DNA from: Deltaproteobacteria bacterium
GTDB taxonomy: Bacteria; Myxococcota_A; Polyangia; Fen-1088
Assembly: GCA_033763315.1 (NCBI GenBank)
Contig: JANRKS010000036.1
Span: 1 to 64,000, forward strand
DNA: 64,000 nt
Direction of reading: 5' to 3'
The first letter of the stretch is position 1, and each line of letters begins with the position of its first letter. Below the pieces are notes generated by a model, which worked only from the letters and a program-made list of their open reading frames with translations, ran no database searches and was not told where the DNA came from. Positions 1 through 9,980 of the stretch are shown here, piece after piece. A program made the position numbers and the translations under genes.

Positions 1-2760
1 CGACAGATCCCCGCTGGCCACGGCAATGGTAACGTCCACGATGTTGCGCACCTGGTTGGTCAAGTTCGACGCCATGGAGTTCACGTTGTCGGTCAGATCT
101 TTCCACGTGCCACCCACGCCCGGCACCTGTGCTTGGCCACCCAACTTCCCTTCGGTTCCCACTTCGCGCGCCACACGGCTCACTTCCGACGCAAACGCGT
201 TCAGCTGATCCACCATCGTGTTCAGCGTGTTCTTGAGCGCCAAGATCTCGCCCTGCACGTCCACCGTGATCTTGCGTGACAAGTCACCGCGCGCGATGGC
301 GGTGGCCACGTCGGCAATGTTGCGCACTTGCCCCGTGAGGTTCGAAGCCATCGAGTTGACGTTGTCGGTCAGATCCTTCCACGTACCCGCCACGCCCGGC
401 ACCTGGGCTTGGCCACCCAGTTTGCCCTCGGTCCCCACCTCGCGCGCCACGCGGCTCACTTCCGACGCAAACGCGTTCAGCTGATCCACCATCGTGTTGA
501 TGGTGTCTTTGAGCTGCAAGATTTCACCGCGCACGTCCACGGTGATCTTCTTCGACAGATCGCCCTTGGCCACCGCGACCGTCACCTCGGCTATGTTGCG
601 GACCTGGTTGGTCAGGTTCGAAGCCATCGAGTTCACGTTGTCGGTCAAATCCTTCCACACGCCAGCCACGCCAGGCACTTCCGCCTGGCCGCCCAGCTTG
701 CCTTCGGTGCCCACCTCGCGTGCCACGCGGCTCACTTCAGACGCAAAACCATTGAGCTGATCCACCATCGTGTTGATGGTGTCTTTCAAGCGCAAGATCT
801 CGCCGCGCACGTCCACAGTGATCTTCTTGGATAGATCGCCCTTAGCCACGGCCGTGGTCACGTCGGCGATGTTGCGCACCTGATCCGTCAGGTTCGAAGC
901 CATCGAGTTGACGTTGTCGGTCAGATCCTTCCACACACCAGCCACGCCGGGCACCTGAGCTTGGCCGCCCAAGTTACCTTCGGTGCTCACCTCGCGCGCC
1001 ACACGGCTCACTTCAGACGCAAAGCCATTGAGCTGATCCACCATCGTGTTGATGGTGTTCTTGAGCTGCAAGATCTCACCCTTGACGTCCACTGTGATCT
1101 TGCGCGACAGGTCTCCGCGCGCCACAGCCGTGGCCACCTCGGCGATGTTGCGCACCTGATCGGTCAGGTTCGACGCCATCGAGTTCACGTTGTCGGTGAG
1201 GTTTTTCCAAACGCCCGCCACGCCTTCCACTTCGGCCTGGCCGCCAAGCTTGCCGTCGCTGCCCACTTCGCGTGCCACGCGCGTGACTTCGGAAGCAAAC
1301 GCGTTGAGGCGGTCCACCATCGTGTTGATGGTGTTCTTTAACTCCAGAATCTCGCCTTTGACGTCCACCGTGATCTTGCGCGACAAATCGCCGAGCGCGA
1401 TCGCCGTGGCCACGTCGGCAATGTTGCGCACCTGGCCCGTGAGGTTCGAGGCCATGGCGTTCACGTTGTCGGTCAGATCCTTCCACGTGCCGGCCACGTC
1501 GGGAACCATCGCCTGCCCGCCGAGCTTGCCATCTGAGCCCACTTCACGCGCCACGCGCGTCACCTCCGAGGCAAACGCGTTGAGCTGGTCCACCATCGTG
1601 TTGATGGTGTTTTTCAACGCCAGAATCTCGCCCTTGACGTCGACCGTGATCTTGCGTGACAGATCGCCACGCGCCACGGCCGTGGTCACCTCGGCGATGT
1701 TGCGCACTTGGCCGGTGAGGTTCGAGGCCATGGAATTCACGTTATCGGTCAGATCCTTCCACACGCCCGCGACGTCCGGCACCTGCGCTTGGCCACCCAG
1801 CTTGCCTTCGGTGCCCACTTCGCGTGCCACGCGGCTCACCTCAGACGCAAAGCCATTGAGCTGATCCACCATCGTGTTCATGGTGTTCTTGAGCGCCAAG
1901 ATTTCACCGCGCGCGTCCACCGTGATCTTGCGCGACAGATCGCCGCGCGCCACCGCGGTGGTCACCTCGGCGATGTTGCGCACTTGGCCCGTGAGGTTCG
2001 AGGCCATGGAGTTCACGTTATCGGTGAGATCCTTCCACGTGCCCGCCACACCGGGCACTTCGGCTTGGCCACCCAACTTGCCTTCGGTTCCCACTTCACG
2101 GGCCACACGGCTCACCTCCGACGCGAAGCTGTTGAGCTGGTCCACCATCGTGTTGATGGTGTTCTTCAAGGCCAAGATCTCACCTTTGACGTCGACGGTG
2201 ATCTTGCGTGACAAATCGCCTCGCGCCACGGCTGTGGTCACCTCGGCGATGTTGCGCACCTGCCCCGTGAGGTTCGAGGCCATGGCGTTCACGTTGTCAG
2301 TCAGATCCTTCCACGTGCCAGCCACGCCGGGCACAACGGCCTGCCCACCGAGCTTGCCTTCGGTGCCCACTTCACGGGCCACACGGGTCACTTCCGACGC
2401 GAAGGCGCGCAGCTGATCCACCATCGTGTTGATCGCTTCTTTGAGTTGAAGGATCTCGCCGCGCACGTCGACCGTGATCTTCTTTGAGAGATCGCCTGTC
2501 GCCACGGCAATCGTCACGTCGGCGATGTTGCGCACCTGTGCCGTCAGATTGCCAGCCATCTGGTTCACTGAGTCGGTGAGGTCTTTCCAAACGCCCGACA
2601 CACCTTCCACCTGCGCTTGCCCACCCAACTTGCCTTCGGTGCCCACTTCGCGCGCGACGCGTGTCACTTCCGAGGCGAACACTGATAGCTGGCTGATCAT
2701 GCGATTCACCAGCTGCGCTGACTGCAAGAACTCGCCTTCCAACGGGCGCCCGTTCACGTC
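1..2760. repeat. Coding tandem repeat, 276-bp (92-aa) period, about 10 units
   Basis: G(A/G)TCCACCATCGTG recurs at 207, 483, 759, 1035, 1311, 1587, 1863, 2139 and 2415, with a divergent copy at 2691. Confidence 0.95.
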
Positions 2761-3204
2761 CAAAGCCATCGCTTGGCTCAGATCGCCTTTCGCCACAGCG
2801 CCCACGGTGCGCGTCACTTCGGTGGTGGGCCACACCAGATCGTCTATCAGGGTATTGAGTTCTGTAACTTCATCGGCCCACCCACCAACCGCGCCATGGA
2901 CGCGCATGCGCTCTTTAAGCTTTCCCTCTTTGCCAACCATGCGACAAACGCGGGCGGTTTCCGCTGATCGCCGCGAACTCACGGCAAGGATGTCGTTGAA
3001 GACATCAGCAATCTTGCCTTCAAGCCCCACAAGCTCCGCAGGCAGACGAGCGGTGAAGTCACCATCGCGCAAGCGCAACATCGCGGCCAGTAACTGCTTC
3101 GAGAAACCATCTGCGGCGTTGTGATGGACAGCGCCTCCGTTGCTCGACGGTGCAAGAGGCGATCTGGACGACTCAAGCGCGGGTGACTGTTCTGTGCTGG
3201 ACAT
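1..3204 (-). CDS. Poly-HAMP (NIK1/OsaA-like, group III-type) hybrid histidine kinase, N-terminal part; runs off the window start
   Basis: Not in the ORF track because there is no stop in the window. Hand translation from ATG 3204 (GGAG 7 nt upstream) gives MSSTEQ...[11 protein letters not shown]..., then repeats of [84 protein letters not shown]. Frame is consistent at base 1. Confidence 0.93.
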   Translation of the reverse strand, partial: MSSTEQSPALESSRSPLAPSSNGGAVHHNAADGFSKQLLAAMLRLRDGDFTARLPAELVGLEGKIADVFNDILAVSSRRSAETARVCRMVGKEGKLKERMRVHGAVGGWADEVTELNTLIDDLVWPTTEVTRTVGAVAKGDLSQAMALDVNGRPLEGEFLQSAQLVNRMISQLSVFASEVTRVAREVGTEGKLGGQAQVEGVSGVWKDLTDSVNQMAGNLTAQVRNIADVTIAVATGDLSKKITVDVRGEILQLKEAINTMVDQLRAFASEVTRVAREVGTEGKLGGQAVVPGVAGTWKDLTDNVNAMASNLTGQVRNIAEVTTAVARGDLSRKITVDVKGEILALKNTINTMVDQLNSFASEVSRVAREVGTEGKLGGQAEVPGVAGTWKDLTDNVNSMASNLTGQVRNIAEVTTAVARGDLSRKITVDARGEILALKNTMNTMVDQLNGFASEVSRVAREVGTEGKLGGQAQVPDVAGVWKDLTDNVNSMASNLTGQVRNIAEVTTAVARGDLSRKITVDVKGEILALKNTINTMVDQLNAFASEVTRVAREVGSDGKLGGQAMVPDVAGTWKDLTDNVNAMASNLTGQVRNIADVATAIALGDLSRKITVDVKGEILELKNTINTMVDRLNAFASEVTRVAREVGSDGKLGGQAEVEGVAGVWKNLTDNVNSMASNLTDQVRNIAEVATAVARGDLSRKITVDVKGEILQLKNTINTMVDQLNGFASEVSRVAREVSTEGNLGGQAQVPGVAGVWKDLTDNVNSMASNLTDQVRNIADVTTAVAKGDLSKKITVDVRGEILRLKDTINTMVDQLNGFASEVSRVAREVGTEGKLGGQAEVPGVAGVWKDLTDNVNSMASNLTNQVRNIAEVTVAVAKGDLSKKITVDVRGEILQLKDTINTMVDQLNAFASEVSRVAREVGTEGKLGGQAQVPGVAGTWKDLTDNVNSMASNLTGQVRNIADVATAIARGDLSRKITVDVQGEILALKNTLNTMVDQLNAFASEVSRVAREVGTEGKLGGQAQVPGVGGTWKDLTDNVNSMASNLTNQVRNIVDVTIAVASGDLS

Positions 3205-3503
3205 GGGCGGCTCCGGCGGATGTGGGATGGAACTGCAACCGTGCAGCCGGGGAGTCGGCACACGTCATCCGATGTGTTGGACGCTTACGCTACGGTGGCC
3301 GCGAGCACAGAGCAAGACGGAAGGAATTGCCCCACTTGACGCACAAACGGTCGCCACGCACGATCCGTTACCGCGAAGTGACTTAGTTACTGTTGCAACC
3401 GGCGCGCCCAGGTAACGCCGTCGCCAGGTTTGTTAGGGCCGGGCGGCGAGCGAGCCGCGCCAACTGAAAGTGAAACGCAGCACGGTTGCCCGCGCCGGTG
3501 CGG

Positions 3504-3674
3504 TCAGCTGAACACCAGCGCCAATGTGATCACGGCTGCCATGATCGGCATCAACTTGCGGACCAGGGCGTCTTCGTCATCGTCGTTGTCGGGACCGCCC
3601 GTGCGCATGGCCGTGCGCGCCTCGAAGGTGAGCGATGGGGTGTTCGTCAGGGCCAGTGCGATTGGGGCTGCCAT
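3504..3674 (-). CDS. Possible small membrane protein (56 aa)
   Basis: MAAPIAL...GGPDNDDDEDALVRKLMPIMAAVITLALVFS: acidic patch and C-terminal hydrophobic helix. No family recognised. Confidence 0.3.
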   Translation of the reverse strand: MAAPIALALTNTPSLTFEARTAMRTGGPDNDDDEDALVRKLMPIMAAVITLALVFS

Positions 3675-3866
3675 GTGCTGCGACTTTCTGTTGAGTGCGT
3701 AGATCAAATCGGTGCTTTCCCGCAAACTCCTGAGCCGCCACAATCAGACTCTTCAACGAAAAACGTCTGCGTCAAGAATGGTCACAATAGGGCCACCCAC
3801 GTAACGTCCGAGCCCCGTCGATCGGTAACCAAATCCACCTGCTAGGTTTCCATCCGCGCTTCGTCT

Positions 3867-5051
3867 ATGCTTCGGCTAATTCTGTTTTTTTGCTTGTTCA
3901 CCCTTGCACTTGGCTGTCGCTCCAAGGGCGGCACCGCGAAGGTCGAGCCCAAGGCGAAAGCGCGCGGGCGATTGGGAGTGAGCGACATTGAAGCGCTCAT
4001 ACCGCCACACGTAGCCCACCGCGCGGTTTGGGCCAACGCGGTTGCCAATGGCCTGCGGTCCAATAAATTGCCGACCGACGCACCTTATGTGTGTGGGGTC
4101 ATCGCCATCATCGCGCAAGAATCCAACTTTGCGGCCGATCCGGTGGTCCCCGGCCTGGGCAAGCTGGTCGAGGCGCGGCTTGATGCCTACCGCAGCAAGC
4201 TCGGGCTTCTGGGCAAACCGGTGTTCAACCGATTGCTGGCGGGACACTCCCCCACGGATGAACGCACATTTGAGAAGCGCATGGAGTCGGCGCGCACCGA
4301 ACGTGACGTCGATGTCACGTTCCGCGATCTGGTGGCGTTTTATCAATCGAGCTACCCCACCACCTTTAAAGCGTTGAGCTTGGCGGGCCAGGTTTTTGAT
4401 ATAGCCAGCCTGGATGACATGAACCCGATCACCACGGCGGGGCCCATGCAAGTAAACGTAAAGTTTGCTGAACAATGGGCGCGTGAGCACAAAGGTGATC
4501 CAGACGCCGTTAGGGACGCGCTTTACACACCCGTGGGTGGCGTCTATTACGGCACCGCTCGGCTATTTGGTTATGACGCCAGTTACGCGGGCCCCCTGCA
4601 CCGCTTCGCTGACTACAACGCCGGTGTCTACGCCAGTCGCAACGCCGCATTACAAGCGCAAGTCATGCGACTCACCGGAGGCAAGCTGGCGCTTGATGGC
4701 GACTTTTTGGCCTATGACAAAGACGCTGAAGTCAAAGCGGATGACGACACCGCGAGCCTCAAGGAGGTGCTGATCTTCCGCGATCGCTATGCGGCCGAAG
4801 AAATAACGGAGCGGCGCGTTCGTAAGGATTTGCTGAAAGAAAAGACCCGCGACTTCGAAAAGACAGAAACGTATCAAGCGATCAAAAAAGCGTACGCAGC
4901 GAAATTTAAAAGCCAGCCTCGGTACGCAATCATGCCCGAAGTGGCCATCTCCAGTCCAAAGCTGCGCAGCAAACGCTCCACGAATTGGTACGCCCAGTCG
5001 GTGCAGCGGCGTTTCGAAAGCTGTATGGCAGCCGCCACGCCTTCCGAGTGA
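3867..5051 (+). CDS. DUF1615 (YaiW-like) lipoprotein
   Basis: Lipobox LALGC; motifs IAQESNF.ADPVVPGLG, NPITTAGPMQV, FADYNAG.YASRNAA, SPKL. Confidence 0.85.
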   Translation: MLRLILFFCLFTLALGCRSKGGTAKVEPKAKARGRLGVSDIEALIPPHVAHRAVWANAVANGLRSNKLPTDAPYVCGVIAIIAQESNFAADPVVPGLGKLVEARLDAYRSKLGLLGKPVFNRLLAGHSPTDERTFEKRMESARTERDVDVTFRDLVAFYQSSYPTTFKALSLAGQVFDIASLDDMNPITTAGPMQVNVKFAEQWAREHKGDPDAVRDALYTPVGGVYYGTARLFGYDASYAGPLHRFADYNAGVYASRNAALQAQVMRLTGGKLALDGDFLAYDKDAEVKADDDTASLKEVLIFRDRYAAEEITERRVRKDLLKEKTRDFEKTETYQAIKKAYAAKFKSQPRYAIMPEVAISSPKLRSKRSTNWYAQSVQRRFESCMAAATPSE

Positions 5052-5053
5052 TA

Positions 5054-6085
5054 TTAGCCGCCGGCTCGAACGCCAGGCAACCGTGGCTTCCAAGCGGATG
5101 CGTTTGAAATCGGCTTGCCTCGCCATGCCAGGCGCAACGCCTGTTGATCAGGTGAAATCACAGCGTGAGGCAACATTGCGCAGTTGCGCACGATCATTCC
5201 TCGCAAGGGCATCAAATCGACGCCGGTGTAACCCGCATCGAAGAAACGACGCCGCCAATTCTCCAGCCGATCGGGCAGCTCAGGGCGCGCCGGCCACACC
5301 GCTGGCAATTCAGGAGCGCGCTCGCTCAAGACCGCAGGAAGATCGTTTGGTCTAGGCCCGCCGCCAAGCTCGTGCATCTCCGCAAGCGCATCCATGACCA
5401 CGCTTGCAGAGCTGCCGTGGGTGCCTAGACGCGACAACACGCGGAACGCGTCGGGCCCAAAATCCGCTTCATAAGCCACCACAAGACGCGGATCCATGCG
5501 GCGCACACGGCGTAGCACCATCGTGCGCGTCGAATCAACGCCCGGCCCATCATCAGGCACGTGGTGAAGCGCCATGTTTGCCACAACGGCCAGCGCCTCA
5601 TGCTTGCGGATGATCGCACCGGGCCATTCCTGTGCCGCGGTGACCATGAACGAACATTCAAAGCGCAGGCCCGCCGCTGCGGCCGCGGCACGCATACGCT
5701 GTGAGGAATCACGTACGTCAGGCGTTGTGTCGCGCAGAGCAATCAGATTGATGTCGGGCGCGACGTTGTGAGTGCTTAAAAAGAAAATGAAGCGCTCCCA
5801 CATCGCGCCGTCATCAAAGCTCAGATCAAGCAAATCAAGGCGCGGGACTTCACGGCAGACCTGCAACAACGACTCAAAAATCGCAGCCTCGGCAAAGCGC
5901 GCCACCAAAGACCCATCAAGCAAAGGCCGATACGCACACCCGCGTTCGCGCTGCACCGTGGGGCGCACGGATTCCGCCACCATCGCGGCCACATCCCTTT
6001 GGGTGGGGGTGTGAGGCAAGGCCTGGTTCCGATCGGGAGAGATCGGCAGGACCAGTGTGTTTCGACTTGTAGGTCGGTCAGCCAT
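5054..6085 (-). CDS. Bacterial GRAS-domain protein (Rossmann methyltransferase-like fold)
   Basis: GRAS motifs in order: VHIID-like LDLLDLSFDDGAMW, GLRFE, EALAVVANMALHH, VLRRVRRMDPRLVVAYE (PFYRE), RLENWRRRF..AGY, LRLAWRGKPISNASAW (SAW). Confidence 0.8.
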   Translation of the reverse strand: MADRPTSRNTLVLPISPDRNQALPHTPTQRDVAAMVAESVRPTVQRERGCAYRPLLDGSLVARFAEAAIFESLLQVCREVPRLDLLDLSFDDGAMWERFIFFLSTHNVAPDINLIALRDTTPDVRDSSQRMRAAAAAAGLRFECSFMVTAAQEWPGAIIRKHEALAVVANMALHHVPDDGPGVDSTRTMVLRRVRRMDPRLVVAYEADFGPDAFRVLSRLGTHGSSASVVMDALAEMHELGGGPRPNDLPAVLSERAPELPAVWPARPELPDRLENWRRRFFDAGYTGVDLMPLRGMIVRNCAMLPHAVISPDQQALRLAWRGKPISNASAWKPRLPGVRAGG

Positions 6086-6302
6086 GCGGGGTACTTATCA
6101 TGCAAAGCGGCCGCCATCGACCGCCCGCACGAGCCACCGGCTTCAATATGCGACGCGCAAGATCAGGGGGCCGAGACGAATGATTGGTGTCTTTTGGCCG
6201 TGCCGTTGTGGCATGATCCTTCGGCCGAGGTTTCTTCACAATGGCTCCCGTGATGAATTGCAAAATGGTCGAGCGAACACCTGGCTTGTACCAAGGGTGA
6301 CG

Positions 6303-7028
6303 ATGAACAAGGTGTTATTCGTTTCGGAGGACGCCCATGGCGGGCGTCGGTTGTGCGCGGCCTGGCCGAACGCCTCGGACATGCACTGGGCACCGGATAT
6401 GGCCGGAGCGTTCTCCCAGCTGCTCACAGGATCCGTGCAGGTCGTGGTCGTTGACGACACCGCGTGCGGTGGCAAGGGGGCAGCCCTACTGGAGGAGATT
6501 GCGCATGCGTACCCAGACCCGGTACGGGTGTACATGACCTCCCAGCTCGATCTCGACAGCGCCGTTCATATTATCAACAAGGTGGGCGTGTATCGTCTAC
6601 TGGCCAAACCCACGACCGCGGACGATTTTGTCTTGGCGATAAACGCAGCGTTGGCCATGGTCGCGTCTCGGCGAGTGTCAAGCCAGGTGCGGCGCGCCGC
6701 AGAGTTGCAGAACACCCAGCCGCCATTTGCCCCGGCACACACCTTTGTCCACGGACCGGTGCAGGCAGAAACCGTCGAATGGCCCGGCTACAGCTACGAC
6801 AGAGCCAAGCTTTCGCGACGTGAAGAAGAAATCCTGCTGGCGGTCGTGCAGGGCAAAAAACCCATGGAGATCGCGCGCTCGTTCTTCATCAGCGTCCATA
6901 CGGCGCGCAACCACATCAAGTCCTTGTATCGCAAGTTCGACGTGCACTCACAAGTGGAGCTAATCGCGCGCGTGTTGCACACTCCTGGGATTGTGGAGTT
7001 GTCCTCGGGCGGGCGTCGCGCAGGGTAG
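6303..7028 (+). CDS. LuxR/NarL-family response regulator
   Basis: REC-like N-terminus (KVLFVSED, VVVDD, LLAKP) and HTH LSRREEEIL...IARSFFISVHTARNHIKSLYRKFDV. Start moved to ATG 6303. Confidence 0.85.
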   Translation: MNKVLFVSEDAHGGRRLCAAWPNASDMHWAPDMAGAFSQLLTGSVQVVVVDDTACGGKGAALLEEIAHAYPDPVRVYMTSQLDLDSAVHIINKVGVYRLLAKPTTADDFVLAINAALAMVASRRVSSQVRRAAELQNTQPPFAPAHTFVHGPVQAETVEWPGYSYDRAKLSRREEEILLAVVQGKKPMEIARSFFISVHTARNHIKSLYRKFDVHSQVELIARVLHTPGIVELSSGGRRAG

Positions 7029-7111
7029 CCCAACCGGCGCATCTGGGAGCCAAGATAGGTCCACCCCCGGGGGGTGACGCCATCACGATTGGAAGTCCCT
7101 AAGCTGGCGCC

Positions 7112-7537
7112 GTGACCTCCCGGAGCGGCCCTGTCATCGTTCCCACCATTGCGCGCCTGCGCCAACTTCAGCCTCCAGGCGATGTGGCCACCGTGGTTGT
7201 GAAGGGCTACCGTAAGCTCAACGACGGCGGAGGTGGCGACTTCTACTGGGACTCGATGTCTGATGAGCCTGACGACGGCGGCACCATCTTCCGCGTGCGA
7301 GGCGTGGCCCTTGGCCGCTGGAAGAGGCTAAGTGAGGGAAACGACGGGGTTTGTCTCCTTAACCTCGCGTGGTTCGGTGCCACGGGCACCGGAAGCAGCG
7401 AGGATGAGCAGGCCCTCACCAATGCCACACGGGCAGCCGTGCGGTTGAGCGCCGTTCGCGCGACGGCGCTGTTCTTCCCCCAGGGCCTTTACCTCGCCGC
7501 CCGCCTCCGCGCCCCTGATGAGCGCCACGTGGTCTGA
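7112..7537 (+). CDS. Short protein resembling the N-terminal module of phage tailspike/pectate-lyase-3 beta-helix proteins; possibly a remnant
   Basis: DGGGGDFYWD...DDGGTIF...GRWKR, then WFGATGTG..DEQAL..A...LFFPQGLY. Stops where the beta-helix would begin. Confidence 0.6.
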   Translation: MTSRSGPVIVPTIARLRQLQPPGDVATVVVKGYRKLNDGGGGDFYWDSMSDEPDDGGTIFRVRGVALGRWKRLSEGNDGVCLLNLAWFGATGTGSSEDEQALTNATRAAVRLSAVRATALFFPQGLYLAARLRAPDERHVV

Positions 7538-7635
7538 GCGGCTGTCACCGGCCCCCTTCGGTGTTGGTCGCTCAAAAGTAACCTTGTGAATGCGAGGCCA
7601 CCCCGATACCGCTACTATTAAGTGTTGTGGGGGTT

Positions 7636-8313
7636 ATGGCCGCAGACAAATCCAAGGCAGGGGCGCTGGCGGAAGACCTTGCGTCCGCTGAGCCGTCCTT
7701 CCTGCGCGGCCTCGAGGCGTGCTTCGCAAAAACAGACTTAGCTTGGCGTCTGGCCCAAATCCCAAAGCACTACGCCGTTCGTGGCGTGTTCATGAACATG
7801 TTGGACGAACGCGCGGCGGAACTAGGCGCCGAAAGCCAAGCCGCCTATGCAGATTTTTTTGGTGTCACTAAGTTTTCACAAATTCGTCTCTACTCCGTTA
7901 AGGACTATCTCATTCGCCTGGTGAAGCTTTCAGAGCTCCACTTTGGCGCGGATCGCATTCACGAAGGACTGTTTGAGATACAGGCGGCCGCCTTTCCTGC
8001 GTGGCGCCGCTCGCTGCCCGGGCGAATGACGTTCGCGGTTTTGGGGTCGAACTGCGATGCCATCTTGCGCATGACAAACTTGGGAATGAGCGCGGCGATC
8101 AACCACGGCACGTGTGTGATCACGTCAACGGGGCCCGGCACTTACACCGCCGCGTTCCGCGACCAACCGAATTTTATCGAACACGCCATGGCGGGAGCGC
8201 TGGTGGGCGTGGCGCGTTCGTGTGGGCTCACAGCCACGGCACAAGCACGGATGATTGATGCCTTCAATGGCGACATCTTGTTGACGATTGGGGAGCCTGA
8301 GGCGCCTAAGTGA
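7636..8313 (+). CDS. DUF2378 (TIGR02265-like, myxobacterial) protein
   Basis: VRGVFMN, FS..RLY.VKDYL, AFPAWRRSLPGR, INHG, GPG.Y...FRD pattern; about 225 aa, soluble. Confidence 0.7.
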   Translation: MAADKSKAGALAEDLASAEPSFLRGLEACFAKTDLAWRLAQIPKHYAVRGVFMNMLDERAAELGAESQAAYADFFGVTKFSQIRLYSVKDYLIRLVKLSELHFGADRIHEGLFEIQAAAFPAWRRSLPGRMTFAVLGSNCDAILRMTNLGMSAAINHGTCVITSTGPGTYTAAFRDQPNFIEHAMAGALVGVARSCGLTATAQARMIDAFNGDILLTIGEPEAPK

Positions 8314-9980
8314 ACACCGGCACCGTAGCTCTACAGATCCTGCAAGAGCTGCGCGCGTTTGGCGTGGACCGCGTTTTTGGCATCCCGGGGGGAGCGGTGG
8401 GAGGCTTGTATGCCGCCTTGGATCACACGCCTGATATAGCGGTGGTGCACGCCAAGCATGAAACGGGAGCGGCATTCATGGCATTAGGATATGCGCTGGC
8501 AACAGGGCGCCCCGGGGTCGTGTTTACCACCGCGGGCCCAGGAATCACGAATGCGATCACGGGCATCATGTCTGCCTACTACGAAGGCGTTCCCGTGATC
8601 CACATCGCGGGTGAAGTTTCACGTGCGGCGTTTGGTCGAGGCGCCTTGCAAGAGAGCTCAGCGTCTGCCTGGGATGCGGTTGCCATTGCGAGCCGGTTCA
8701 CAAAGTTCAGCGCGCAGATCAGTCGATCCGCCTCCGCGGTGGCTTTGGTGCGCAAGGCCTTGTCCATGGCATACAGCGGACGCAAAGGGCCCGCCTTTTT
8801 ATCCTTGCCCATGGACGTTGCCAACGAACCCGCGCGCCACCAACCGCTGGCCGGCAACACGGGATCATCCTTCGACATCGACGTGGCAGCCTGCCATGCC
8901 GCGATGGAATGCTTGGAGCGCTCACGACGGCCGCTCATCTTAGCGGGCGCGGGCACGCGCGATTTTACGAGCCGACGCGCGCTGCGCAGACTTGCCGAAC
9001 ACCTGGGCGCTCCCGTGGCCGTCACGACGAAAGGCAAAAGCGTGTTTCCAGAAGATCACCCGCTTTACCTCGGCCTCTTTGGCTTCGGCGGTCATGACTC
9101 GGTCACCGAATACCTGGCCAGCGGCGTTGACGCTTTAATGGTCATAGGTTCAGGGCTTAATGACTTCAGTACGAACGCTTGGTCGCCTTTGCTCGCTGCC
9201 CCACGTGCGTTCATCCAAGTCGATATCGATCCTGTTCAGCTAGGAAAGAATTATCCGCTCACGCATGGCCTGCTGGGACCGATCGACGCGGTGCTGTCGC
9301 GTATGCTGGAACACCGCACGGGTGAGCAACCCAAGTTGCAGTATAAGGTGAAGCCACAATATCAAGCGGTGCAAGCGAGCGCTCAAGGAGCCTTAACCAC
9401 CGCTCAAGTGGTGCAAGCCATCAACGAGCTTACGCCGTCCAATTCACTTTACACCGCTGATATGGGTGAACATTTGGCGGTGGTGCTGCATCACTTGCGC
9501 GTGCGGGACGACGGAGATTTCATCACGTGTTTAGGTTTTGGCGCCATGGGCTCATCCATCGGCACGGCCATCGGCTACTTGCTGGGCGCACCGCAACGAA
9601 CGGGTTATGCGATCTGCGGCGATGGATGCTTTCTGATGCAGGGCACAGAGTTGGCCACCGCCGTGCAACACCGCGTTCCTTTGACCTTCGTGGTGATCAA
9701 CGATAGCCGCCTGAACATGGTGCACCACGGCCAGGCCGCGATTTACAATTCAAAGATGGACTTCTCCACGCAAGAAGTTGATTTTGCCGCGTGGGCGAAG
9801 AGCATGGGCGCGCAGGGTTCCGTGATCCGCACTGAAGCGGACCTGCGCCACGCACTGGCGCAACCGGTGGCAGAGCCAACGGTGCTTGACGTGCGCGTGG
9901 ATCCCGATGTGCGTTTGGCCGGCAGCCAACGGCTGGCCGCCTTGAAGCAATTTCAATCCTCACCCGCCAATGATCGCTAA
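8310..9980 (+). CDS. Thiamine-diphosphate-dependent enzyme (acetolactate synthase-like carboligase)
   Basis: VFGIPGG, KHETGAAFMA (conserved Glu), TAGPGITN, ThDP motif GDGCFLMQGTELATA...INDSRLNMV. Confidence 0.92.
   Translation: MNTGTVALQILQELRAFGVDRVFGIPGGAVGGLYAALDHTPDIAVVHAKHETGAAFMALGYALATGRPGVVFTTAGPGITNAITGIMSAYYEGVPVIHIAGEVSRAAFGRGALQESSASAWDAVAIASRFTKFSAQISRSASAVALVRKALSMAYSGRKGPAFLSLPMDVANEPARHQPLAGNTGSSFDIDVAACHAAMECLERSRRPLILAGAGTRDFTSRRALRRLAEHLGAPVAVTTKGKSVFPEDHPLYLGLFGFGGHDSVTEYLASGVDALMVIGSGLNDFSTNAWSPLLAAPRAFIQVDIDPVQLGKNYPLTHGLLGPIDAVLSRMLEHRTGEQPKLQYKVKPQYQAVQASAQGALTTAQVVQAINELTPSNSLYTADMGEHLAVVLHHLRVRDDGDFITCLGFGAMGSSIGTAIGYLLGAPQRTGYAICGDGCFLMQGTELATAVQHRVPLTFVVINDSRLNMVHHGQAAIYNSKMDFSTQEVDFAAWAKSMGAQGSVIRTEADLRHALAQPVAEPTVLDVRVDPDVRLAGSQRLAALKQFQSSPANDR

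Noticed and set aside
26-3124. Series of similar plus-strand ORFs; periodic repeats that could suggest CRISPR
   Set aside because: They are antisense shadows of the poly-HAMP gene. The repeats are contiguous 276-bp coding units with no unique spacers and no cas genes.
7112-7537. Prophage
   Set aside because: Only one tailspike-like fragment; no integrase, capsid, terminase or att sites seen.
8310-9980. Calling the ThDP enzyme ilvB
   Set aside because: No ilvN/ilvC nearby, and it is coupled to a KAS III-like gene, so specialised metabolism is more likely.
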